Assembly: GCF_001017655.1 (NCBI RefSeq) | Contig: NZ_CP010904.1 | Coordinates: 1,470,001 to 1,502,000 of the forward strand | Reading direction: 5' to 3' | DNA: 32,000 bases | DNA from: Kiritimatiella glycovorans | GTDB lineage: Bacteria > Verrucomicrobiota > Kiritimatiellia > Kiritimatiellales > Kiritimatiellaceae | Shown: positions 25,318 to 32,000 of the stretch, piece after piece | Layout: every line of letters begins with the position of its first letter | Position numbering within the stretch: position 1 is the first letter of the stretch | Translations under genes and position numbers: made by a program | The notes under the pieces: model-generated | Seen by the model: only the letters and a program-made list of their open reading frames with translations | What the model was told of the DNA's origin: nothing | The model's database searches: none

Positions 25318-26952
25318 ATGGCCGATCTTCCCGAAACCCAGAATGCCGTTCAGCTCACCGGTCCCGACGAGCTGGTGCTGAATCATGAAAAGCCCGTCCA
25401 CCGCCCCGGACCGCATCAGATCGTCGGCCGGGTGCGCGTAGTGGGCCTCTGTTTTTCCGACCTCAAGCTGCTCAAGCAGTTCGACAAGCACGTACGCAAG
25501 TCGGAAGTCGTCGAGGGCATCGATCCGGCGGTGCTGGCGGAGAATCCCGCCTACGTGCCCGGCGACAAGCCCGCGGTGCCCGGCCACGAGCCGGTGATTG
25601 AAGTACTGGAGGTGGGGAGCGAGGTATCCGGGGTCCGGCCCGGCGAACGGTATGTGATTCAGGCCGACTGGCGCTGGCTCCGCACCGGGCAGTCCAACGG
25701 CGCGTTCGGCTATAATTTCGAGGGCGCGCTGCAGGAGTACGTGCTTCTCGATCAGCGTCTGCTGCGATCGCCGGAAGGCGATTCGATGCTCCTCCCGGCC
25801 ACGCCGTCCGACTATTCCGATTCCGCCTTCGCCCTCGTGGAACCCTGGGCCTGCGTGGAGATCTCGTACCGGGAGCGTCAGCGGCGCCGGATGCACGCCG
25901 GCGGCCGGGCGCTGGTGGTCTGCGGCCGGGACCGGGACCCCGGCGATCTGGACGCGTTCTTCGAGCACTACGGTCGCCCGGAGGAAATCGTCCGGGTGGA
26001 GAACCGGGACGCGCTCGAAAAGCTCGAAGACGGCGGGTTTGACGATCTTCTCTACTTCGGCGCGGACGCGGAGCTGGTGCCGCTTCTCTTCGACAAAGCC
26101 CGCAAAGACGCGCTGATTCTCATCGTTCAGTGCGGCGAAAAATTCGGTGCGCCGGTGAAGACGGCGGTCGGGGCCGTGCATTACCGGGGCCTGCGCCTGG
26201 CGGGCACCCCCGGATCCGATCCCGCGGAGGCGCTCGCAGCGATCCCGGAGAATGGAGAGCCGCCGGCCAGGGCCCGCGCACGCATCGTCGGCGCCGCCGG
26301 GCCGATGGGGACGATGCACGTCGTGCGCCTGCTGAGCATGGGGGAAGAGGTCACCGTTCACGCGGAAGACCTCGAGCGGGAGCGCCTGGACGCGCTGACG
26401 AAAGTGGCCGCGCCGGTGGCGGAAGAACGCGGCAACCGCTTCGAAGCCTACAATCCCCGCGAGGAGGATCGCGGAGCGGAGACCGAATACGAACTCCAGG
26501 TAACGACGGTCCCCGTGCCCGCCCTGGTCGAGGAGGCCGTCCAGAAGGCGGCCCGCGGAGGTCTCATCAATATCTTCGCCGGCATACCGGCGGACAAATC
26601 CGGCCAAATCGACCTGGACCGCTACATCGAGCGCGGCCTCTACTTCATCGGCACCAGCGGGTCCGAAATGGAGGACATGCGCGCGGTGCTCGATCATGTG
26701 GCGGAAGGTCGGCTCGACACCAACACCTCGGTGGCCGCGGTCTGCGGACTGGACGGGGCGATCGACGGTATTCGGGCGGTCGAGCACCGCACGATCGCCG
26801 GCAAGATCATGGTCTATCCCGCCTGTCGCGGCATGCAACTGACGCCGCTCGAACAACTCGACCGCGTCTCGCCCGAGGCCGCGAAGGCGCTTCAGGGCGG
26901 CGTGTGGAACCGGGAGGCGGAAGAGGCTCTGATCCGTACGTTTGAAGGATAA
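25318..26952 (+). CDS. medium-chain (zinc-type) dehydrogenase/reductase, unusually long (544 aa), possibly sorbose-1-phosphate-reductase-like
   Basis: GroES-like domain with VVGLCFSDLK (Zn Cys) and PGHEPVIEVLEVG (GHE), then GALQEYV and EPWAC. The Rossmann motif IVGAAGPMGTMHV and a C-terminal IGTSGSEMEDM...GKIMVYP follow. ATG 25318 has AGGAG 6 nt upstream. Confidence 0.75.
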   Translation: MADLPETQNAVQLTGPDELVLNHEKPVHRPGPHQIVGRVRVVGLCFSDLKLLKQFDKHVRKSEVVEGIDPAVLAENPAYVPGDKPAVPGHEPVIEVLEVGSEVSGVRPGERYVIQADWRWLRTGQSNGAFGYNFEGALQEYVLLDQRLLRSPEGDSMLLPATPSDYSDSAFALVEPWACVEISYRERQRRRMHAGGRALVVCGRDRDPGDLDAFFEHYGRPEEIVRVENRDALEKLEDGGFDDLLYFGADAELVPLLFDKARKDALILIVQCGEKFGAPVKTAVGAVHYRGLRLAGTPGSDPAEALAAIPENGEPPARARARIVGAAGPMGTMHVVRLLSMGEEVTVHAEDLERERLDALTKVAAPVAEERGNRFEAYNPREEDRGAETEYELQVTTVPVPALVEEAVQKAARGGLINIFAGIPADKSGQIDLDRYIERGLYFIGTSGSEMEDMRAVLDHVAEGRLDTNTSVAAVCGLDGAIDGIRAVEHRTIAGKIMVYPACRGMQLTPLEQLDRVSPEAAKALQGGVWNREAEEALIRTFEG

Positions 26953-26959
26953 TCACGCT

Positions 26960-26988
26960 CCGGTTCGGCGGGCGCAGCCCGCGACCGG
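26960..26988 (+). other. GC-rich stem-loop in the MDR-SDR intercistronic spacer
   Basis: CCGGT-tcg-GCGGGC-gca-GCCCGC-g-ACCGG gives 11 bp in total with small bulges. No U-tract follows, so it is more likely an mRNA processing or stability element, or a partial attenuator, than a terminator. Confidence 0.4.
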
Positions 26989-27024
26989 ACGGAACCGCAT
27001 GAAACGAAGGAAGGGAAATCGACG

Positions 27025-27828
27025 ATGAGCAGCAGAATCTACGGAATGCTTGAGGACAGGAAAGCCGTGATTACCGGGGCGGCCCAGGGACTCGGCGAGG
27101 CCCTGGCGGTGCGTCTGGCGCGCGAAGGATGCGATGTGCTCGCCGCGGACCTCAAGGAGGAGGACGTCCGTGAAACGGCCGAAAAAATCGGACAGCAGAC
27201 CGGACGGCGAGGACTTTCTTCGAAGGTGGATGTCACGGACGACGCCTCCGTGGGCGCCCTGTTCGACCGCGCCCTCGAAGAATTCGGCCGGGTCGACGTC
27301 GTGGTTGCCAACGCCGGCGTGCTGGTCGCCGGGCCGGTGGACGAGATCGATCCGGAAAAGTGGCGGTTTGTAATGAACGTCAATCTGTTCGGCTACTTCC
27401 TGACGGCCCGCCATGCCGTGCGGGCGATGAAGCAGACCGGCGGCGGATCGATCGTGCAGATCAATTCGAAGTCCGGGAAGAAAGGCAGCGCGAAGAACTC
27501 GGCTTATGCCGCCAGTAAATTCGGCGGCGTGGGCCTCACGCAGTCGCTGGGCCTCGAACTCGCCGAAGCCGGGATTCGCTGTAATTCCGTCTGCCCGGGC
27601 AACCTGCTCAATTCGCCGCTGTGGGTAAACTCGCTCTTCAAGCAGTACGCCCGCAACCAGGGGATCTCCGAAGATGAGGTCCGGCAGAAGTATCTCGACC
27701 AGGTACCCCTGCGGCGCAGCTGCGAGTACGAGGACGTCGAAAACGCGGTAATCTTCCTCGCCTCGGACCTCTCGTCCTACATGACGGGTCAGGCGATCAA
27801 CGTGACCGGCGGCCAGGAAATGCGGTGA
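27025..27828 (+). CDS. srlD: short-chain dehydrogenase, sorbitol-6-phosphate 2-dehydrogenase (SrlD/GutD)-like
   Basis: 267 aa. TGAAQGLG (TGxxxGxG) and YAASK (YxxxK). The long stretch IVQINSKSGKKGSAKNSAYAASKFGGVGLTQSLGLELAE.GI...GNLL.SP......L.QYA...G........Y.D.VPL.R.C.Y.DV.N...F.AS...SY.TGQ.INVTGGQ closely tracks E. coli SrlD as I recall it. Confidence 0.8.
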   Translation: MSSRIYGMLEDRKAVITGAAQGLGEALAVRLAREGCDVLAADLKEEDVRETAEKIGQQTGRRGLSSKVDVTDDASVGALFDRALEEFGRVDVVVANAGVLVAGPVDEIDPEKWRFVMNVNLFGYFLTARHAVRAMKQTGGGSIVQINSKSGKKGSAKNSAYAASKFGGVGLTQSLGLELAEAGIRCNSVCPGNLLNSPLWVNSLFKQYARNQGISEDEVRQKYLDQVPLRRSCEYEDVENAVIFLASDLSSYMTGQAINVTGGQEMR

Positions 27829-27834
27829 GGATCT

Positions 27835-28626
27835 TTATTCCTCGTTTTTGACCTCGTCCCAGACGCGATCGAGTTCTTCCAGCGTACACTCGTCGGGGGT
27901 GCGCCCGGCGCGGTGCAGTTTCTGCTCCAGCGCCCGGAACCGGCGCATGAATTTCGCCGTACTCAGACGCAGAACGTCCTCGGCTTCGGCATCGAGGCGG
28001 CGGCAGAGGTTGACCATCGAGAACAGGAGGTCGCCCAGTTCCTCACGCACCTTTTCGGGGACGACGGCGCTTGCCGCCAGCGCCTCACGCAGCTCGGCGA
28101 TCTCCTCCTGCACCTTATCCAGAACCTCCGCCGCTTCAGGCCAGTCGAACCCCACGCGGGCCGCGCGGCGCTGGACCTGATGCGCCTTCATCAGTGCGGG
28201 CAGATGCGCGGGCAGACCTTCGAACAGAGAACGGGGGCCCTGCCCGCCCTCGTCGCGTTTGATGGTTTCCCAGTTGCGAAGTACTTCCCGGCTGTCTTCG
28301 GCCGTATCGTCGCCGAAGACATGGGGATGCCGGCGCACCAGTTTTTCACAGAGCGTCTCCGCGACCGCATCGAGATCGAAGGAGCCGTCCTCCTCGCAGA
28401 TCCGGCTCTGAAAGACGACCTGCAGCAGCACATCGCCCAGCTCCTCGCGAATCTTGTCCCGTCGGCCCTCTTCGATCGCTTCAACCAGTTCGTAACTCTC
28501 TTCGATCAGGTTGCCTTTGATCGAGTCGAGCGTCTGTTCGCGATCCCAGGGGCAGCCGTCCGGGGCGCGCAGGCGTGCCATGATCGACTGCAGCCTGCGG
28601 AGTGCGTCTTCCCCGTGTGACGACAT
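27835..28626 (-). CDS. mazG: nucleoside triphosphate pyrophosphohydrolase MazG (tandem MazG domains)
   Basis: 263 aa. CPWDREQT..S....L.EE.YE..EAI........EELGD.LLQVVF and RHPHVFG in the first domain. The second domain has EE..EL.EA...........EELGDLLF..VN..R. Confidence 0.9.
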   Translation of the reverse strand: MSSHGEDALRRLQSIMARLRAPDGCPWDREQTLDSIKGNLIEESYELVEAIEEGRRDKIREELGDVLLQVVFQSRICEEDGSFDLDAVAETLCEKLVRRHPHVFGDDTAEDSREVLRNWETIKRDEGGQGPRSLFEGLPAHLPALMKAHQVQRRAARVGFDWPEAAEVLDKVQEEIAELREALAASAVVPEKVREELGDLLFSMVNLCRRLDAEAEDVLRLSTAKFMRRFRALEQKLHRAGRTPDECTLEELDRVWDEVKNEE

Positions 28627-28648
28627 CGTGCTCTCCCGGGCGCGGCGG

Positions 28649-29347
28649 TCAGAAGGTCCGGGCGGGAAGCGTGCTTTCCAGCAGCTCGCGGGGCTTCATA
28701 TCGGAGAGGTTCTCCAGCACGAAACGGGCGCCGCTGAAGTCCTGGAAGACCGTGAAACGGTCGGGCGCCGCCACCGCGGTCATATCCGTGGTCAGCGCCG
28801 CCTTGCAGGCGCGGCTCGACGTCGTCAGCGCCATGCAGGCCCGCGCGGGGATGCCTTCCTCGCGCACGATGGTCAGCCATGTCTTCACCTGCGGGAAATC
28901 CGGCCGGACTTCCTCGAAGGCAAAGAGGCGGACGCCGCGCTCTTCGAGCCCGAGCTTCTGCATCCACGATCCGGCCACATCGGGAGGAAAGGCGGACAGC
29001 GTCACCGGCTGGACGTCGAGTTCCGCCGCGGCGTCGAGCACGTTCACCAGTTCCGGGTTGAGTTCAGCGCCTTCGATCCTTTCCCGCACCTGCGCGCGCA
29101 CCTGTTCTTCGAGTCGTTTGGTGTGGTCCGCTTTTTCGCCTGCCGCCTTGAGAATCTCCGGAATCGCGAATTCCGGCAGCGGGTAGAGTCCGTGACGGAC
29201 ATAACGCTCCACCGTGAGTTCCACGCCCTTCGTCTCGAGCGTATCTTTGAGCGCCTCGAACATGATCTCCCGTCCCTGGACGGCGAGGTTTTCCAGTTCA
29301 AAGAAAAGATGGCGCGGCACTTCGGTTCTGGCCTCGGCTGATGTCAT
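28649..29347 (-). CDS. HAD-superfamily-like protein with degenerate catalytic motifs
   Basis: 232 aa from ATG 29347, with AAGGGGAGAG RBS 8 nt upstream. The layout resembles a beta-phosphoglucomutase-like HAD fold, but motif I reads FFELENL instead of DxDGTL and motif IV reads ALTTSS instead of (E/G)DS. Confidence 0.55.
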   Translation of the reverse strand: MTSAEARTEVPRHLFFELENLAVQGREIMFEALKDTLETKGVELTVERYVRHGLYPLPEFAIPEILKAAGEKADHTKRLEEQVRAQVRERIEGAELNPELVNVLDAAAELDVQPVTLSAFPPDVAGSWMQKLGLEERGVRLFAFEEVRPDFPQVKTWLTIVREEGIPARACMALTTSSRACKAALTTDMTAVAAPDRFTVFQDFSGARFVLENLSDMKPRELLESTLPARTF

Positions 29348-29399
29348 GGCGATTGCTCTCCCCTTCTGCATGCCGTAAGCGGCGGTGTGAAAAGCTCCC

Positions 29400-29428
29400 T
29401 GTTTAATCGTAATCAGGTCCGGGGTCAA
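29400..29428 (-). promoter_or_regulatory. candidate promoter for the HAD-like / mazG unit
   Basis: Minus-strand TTGACC (29428-29423), a 17-nt spacer, then TAAACA (29405-29400). It lies just downstream of the RRM-gene terminator and about 55 nt upstream of ATG 29347. Confidence 0.25.
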
Positions 29429-29449
29429 GCTCCCAGCCCGAACAGGGCC

Positions 29450-29481
29450 TTAAAAAAGGGGCGCTCCAAGGAGCGCCCCTT
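29450..29481 (-). terminator. rho-independent terminator of the RRM-protein gene
   Basis: Minus-strand GGGGCGCUCC-UU-GGAGCGCCCC is a perfect 10-bp GC-rich stem (29458-29479), followed immediately by UUUUUU (29457-29452). It lies 25 nt after the stop at 29505. Confidence 0.8.
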
Positions 29482-29504
29482 CCATTCAGTACGTTTCAAC
29501 CAAA

Positions 29505-29780
29505 TCAGTCGCGGGGAGGACGTCCACCACCACGATCCTCACGAGGACGGGCTTCGTTGACGCGCAAGGCGCGTCCCTGGCAGTCGCTGCCGTTCAGTTC
29601 GTCCATCGCCTTCTTCGCGGAATCGTCATCCGACATTTCCACGAAACCGAATCCCTTGGAACGGCCGCTGAAACGATCATTGATCACCCGGGCCGACGAC
29701 ACTTCACCGAACCCTTCAAACATTTCCTGGAGTTCCTGATCGTCCACGCTGTACGGCAGATTGCCGACATAGATATTCAC
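29505..29780 (-). CDS. RRM-domain RNA-binding protein with an Arg/Gly tail
   Basis: 91 aa. RNP2 is IYVGNL and RNP1 is KGFGFVEM. GTG start at 29780 with GAGAGGTGAG upstream. Confidence 0.9.
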   Translation of the reverse strand: MNIYVGNLPYSVDDQELQEMFEGFGEVSSARVINDRFSGRSKGFGFVEMSDDDSAKKAMDELNGSDCQGRALRVNEARPREDRGGGRPPRD

Positions 29781-29961
29781 TTGCTCACCTCTCTGTCACA
29801 TGCGCCGCTTAATACGGTTCTTCAAATTCCGCCTGCGACGCCGGGGCGAAATCTGATTTTCCGCGCAACACCCGAAGGTGTCCCGCATCCCCCTCATGGG
29901 GAAAAGCCCGGAGTCCTCCTCCGTCTTTCGCACGGGAAAATGGCACATCCGCACGGAGACG

Positions 29962-30972
29962 TCAAGTCATGCGCTTGACGTATTCAAGCGGCTCGCAGAG
30001 GGCGCGCAGATTGGCCTCGGGAGTCCCGGCGGGTATTTCGCAGCCGGCATTCACGAAATAGGGGTTTCCCACCTGCTCATAGGTGCGCCGGACATGGTCG
30101 CGGATCGCCTGCGTCGAACCCCGGGCCACTCCCTGCGCCGGGTCAATATTCCCCGCCAGGACCGTGCGACCGCCTACGGCATCGCGGACCGCCTTCATAT
30201 CCACCATGTGATCGACATCGAGCACGTCGATATGGAGATCGGCGATGCCGGGGAGCAGATGGGTGATCTCGCCGCAGATGTGGAGCTTGACGCGCGCGCC
30301 AAAGCCGTGGATCGCCTCAACCAGCCTCTTTTCCCGCGGCTGAACCAGCCGTTCATACAAGTCAGGCGAGATCTGGCTCGCCACCGCATCGCCGACCCCA
30401 ATCATATCGGCGCCGGCTTCCACCTGGACCCGCGCGAAATCGACCGCCGCCTTCAGGCAGCGGTCCATAAGCTCCGCGGCAAAAACCTCATCGTCGTAGA
30501 AATCCATCATCAGATTACTCGTTCCGCGCAGATCGGCGGCCTCGGCAGCAGGACCCTCGATCCAGCCCAGTATCGAATACACCCCTGCGCATTTACTTTT
30601 GAACAAACGCACCGCGTCGAGGCGATCGCGCATGCGGTCCGACTGCTCCGGATCAGGATCCTTCAGCAGCGAAAAATCCCGTCGTTCCGCCATCGGCGGA
30701 GTGCAGCGGGGCACGCCGTCCCTGACGAATTCAATCTGACCGCCGAACCCGGCCGCCTCGCGATACGGGTCGGAGATCGCGCTCACCTGATCCATGCCGA
30801 AATCTTCGGCACAGCGCAGGTTGGCCTCCACCAGCACGCGATGATCCGAGGCGAAGGCTCCGTAGTCGGAGCCGATATACTCCGCCGCATACTGCATGAG
30901 GATCGGCGTTCTCGGCACGAAATCGCACACCTCTCCTTCAAGCATGGCGTCTGTCCGTTCTTTTCCGGTCAT
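29962..30972 (-). CDS. uroporphyrinogen decarboxylase (URO-D) family protein, MtaA/CmuA-like methylcobamide methyltransferase type
   Basis: 336 aa from ATG 30972 (AAGGAG RBS). The URO-D fold pattern is ...ISDPYREAAGFG...GWIEGP...GADMIGVGDAVASQISP. It carries the HxC...C arrangement (KLHICGE and NAGCEIP) typical of zinc-dependent MT2 methyltransferases. Confidence 0.85.
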   Translation of the reverse strand: MTGKERTDAMLEGEVCDFVPRTPILMQYAAEYIGSDYGAFASDHRVLVEANLRCAEDFGMDQVSAISDPYREAAGFGGQIEFVRDGVPRCTPPMAERRDFSLLKDPDPEQSDRMRDRLDAVRLFKSKCAGVYSILGWIEGPAAEAADLRGTSNLMMDFYDDEVFAAELMDRCLKAAVDFARVQVEAGADMIGVGDAVASQISPDLYERLVQPREKRLVEAIHGFGARVKLHICGEITHLLPGIADLHIDVLDVDHMVDMKAVRDAVGGRTVLAGNIDPAQGVARGSTQAIRDHVRRTYEQVGNPYFVNAGCEIPAGTPEANLRALCEPLEYVKRMT

Positions 30973-31003
30973 GGCTTTCTCCTTTATCCGCTGGTTCTTT
31001 CTT

Positions 31004-32000
31004 TTAACCCTGCACCGCACCAAGGGGGCCTTCAAGCCGCGCCGGAGCGGACCCCCGAACGGAATTGATCACCCTGCATTCGTCCGCGTTACGCGCTTCC
31101 TCGATCGTCACCACCCGCTCGTCCGCCGCGCCCCGATCCAGAAGATCGCCCCGGGCGGTCCCCGCGAGCAATCCGCTCCCGACGGGCGGGGTGACCCATC
31201 GGGCGCCGAAACGGAACAGTACGTTCGCGATGCAGGTCTCGGTCACCTCGCCCCGCTCGTTCCACAGCAGGGCCTCTGTTCCCTTCGGCATCCCCGAAGA
31301 CGCGCGCTCGTACACCGCCCGGCGGGTGGTCTTATGGTACAGGAACGGATCGTCCGGGTCCACGGGTTCCGGCGCGGGAGCGAGCACCACCCCCGCAGCG
31401 GGCCAAGGCTCCAGGGGCCGCGCAGTAAGCCGCACCTTCCCCGAAACGTCCATGGTCAGGCGCACACGCATCGGGACGTCCCCGAATCCCGCGGCGGCTT
31501 CGTCGAGTTTCCGGCGCACCGCATCCACGTCGCACTCGTACCCGAAGTATTGAGCCGACTGCCGCAGGCGGGTCAGATGCCGGTCCAGGAGGACGCAGCC
31601 GCTGCCGGGGCACCAGCGTATCGTTTCGAGCAAGTCGAATTCAGGACGCTTCCCCTCGAGGACGCGTGCCTTAGCCCGGCACTCCGCCATTTCCGCGTCC
31701 ACGTCGGAGTCCCAGACGATACCGCCCCCTACCCCGTACACGGCCCGGGAATCGCGGGCGGGAAAATGCGCGGTGCGTATGGCGACGTTGAACTGCGCCC
31801 GCCGGCCCGGAGCGAGATAGCCGATGCTCCCGCAGTAGATGCCCCTCGGCGAAGTCTCGAGATCGGCGATCACCTCCATGGTGCGCCGTTTGGGCGCGCC
31901 GGTCACCGACGCGGCCGGGAAGAGCGCGCCGAAGATCTCTGAGGGGCTGGCCCGGGTCCGGCCGCGCACCGTACTCGTCATCTGCCATACCGAGGGATAG
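31004..32000 (-). CDS. pabB: aminodeoxychorismate synthase component I C-terminal part fused to an aminodeoxychorismate lyase-like (class IV aminotransferase fold) domain; the 5-prime end lies beyond the window
   Basis: FPAASVTGAPKRRTMEVIADLE, RGIYCGSIGY and GGGIVWDSD are chorismate-utilising enzyme C-terminal motifs. They are followed by FDLLETIRW...LDRHL.RL..SA..FG...YHKTT.R..Y...NERGEVTE...NV, an ADC lyase-like segment. The frame stays open upstream of the track ATG (31981) to position 32000 (..YPSVWQMTSTVRG). Confidence 0.88.
   Translation of the reverse strand, partial: YPSVWQMTSTVRGRTRASPSEIFGALFPAASVTGAPKRRTMEVIADLETSPRGIYCGSIGYLAPGRRAQFNVAIRTAHFPARDSRAVYGVGGGIVWDSDVDAEMAECRAKARVLEGKRPEFDLLETIRWCPGSGCVLLDRHLTRLRQSAQYFGYECDVDAVRRKLDEAAAGFGDVPMRVRLTMDVSGKVRLTARPLEPWPAAGVVLAPAPEPVDPDDPFLYHKTTRRAVYERASSGMPKGTEALLWNERGEVTETCIANVLFRFGARWVTPPVGSGLLAGTARGDLLDRGAADERVVTIEEARNADECRVINSVRGSAPARLEGPLGAVQG

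Noticed and set aside
23832-26856. Minus-strand ORFs 23832..25103 (423 aa) and 24907..26856 (649 aa) opposite the PHP and MDR genes
   Set aside because: The + strand products have RBSs, balanced composition and recognisable motifs (HxH; GHE, GxGxxG). The minus-strand products are Arg/Gly/His-rich with no motifs.
29878-31068. 396-aa + strand ORF opposite the URO-D family gene
   Set aside because: It is the antisense shadow of a well-supported gene with an AAGGAG RBS, and it spans the URO-D/pabBC boundary.

Overview
GC-rich (by eye roughly 60-65% GC), densely coding bacterial chromosomal segment, mostly housekeeping. I found no rRNA, tRNA, CRISPR array, transposase or recognisable defence genes. 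The taxon cannot be assigned from sequence alone. Gene content suggests a non-proteobacterial anaerobe: a compact E-DUF2764-A-B-D-I-K V-type ATPase, an RRM protein and a mixed-signature PFK.

Minus-strand gene string at 1-5600: argH (partial), dtd, ABC-class ATPase (COG3044-like), FmdB zinc ribbon, xseB, xseA, ymdB-like phosphoesterase.
Next come EF-G (+) and a KamA/EpmB-like radical SAM enzyme (-).
glgP (+) and pfk (+) follow, separated by a 300-bp repeat-filled spacer.
A DUF192 lipoprotein is followed by a 447-bp non-coding gap that holds a structured palindromic element and a MITE-like insertion.
Then lgt, rluD-like and a family-4 UDG.
A 7-gene V-type ATPase operon lies on the minus strand (16473-23681).
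A + strand operon encodes a divergent PHP-domain protein, an unusually long MDR dehydrogenase and an SrlD-like SDR.
The window ends with mazG, a HAD-like protein with degenerate catalytic motifs, an RRM RNA-binding protein, a URO-D/MtaA-like methyltransferase and a PabB-PabC fusion (partial).

The most noteworthy unexplained signals:
(1) a 144-bp element with perfect 19-bp terminal inverted repeats and a 9-bp direct duplication upstream of lgt;
(2) a perfect 58-bp tandem duplication carrying G-quadruplex motifs, followed by a GANTC-rich hexamer array between glgP and pfk;
(3) the PHP / long-MDR / SrlD-like operon, whose first two members look atypical.

All protein family calls rest on by-eye motif recognition. 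No searches were run.
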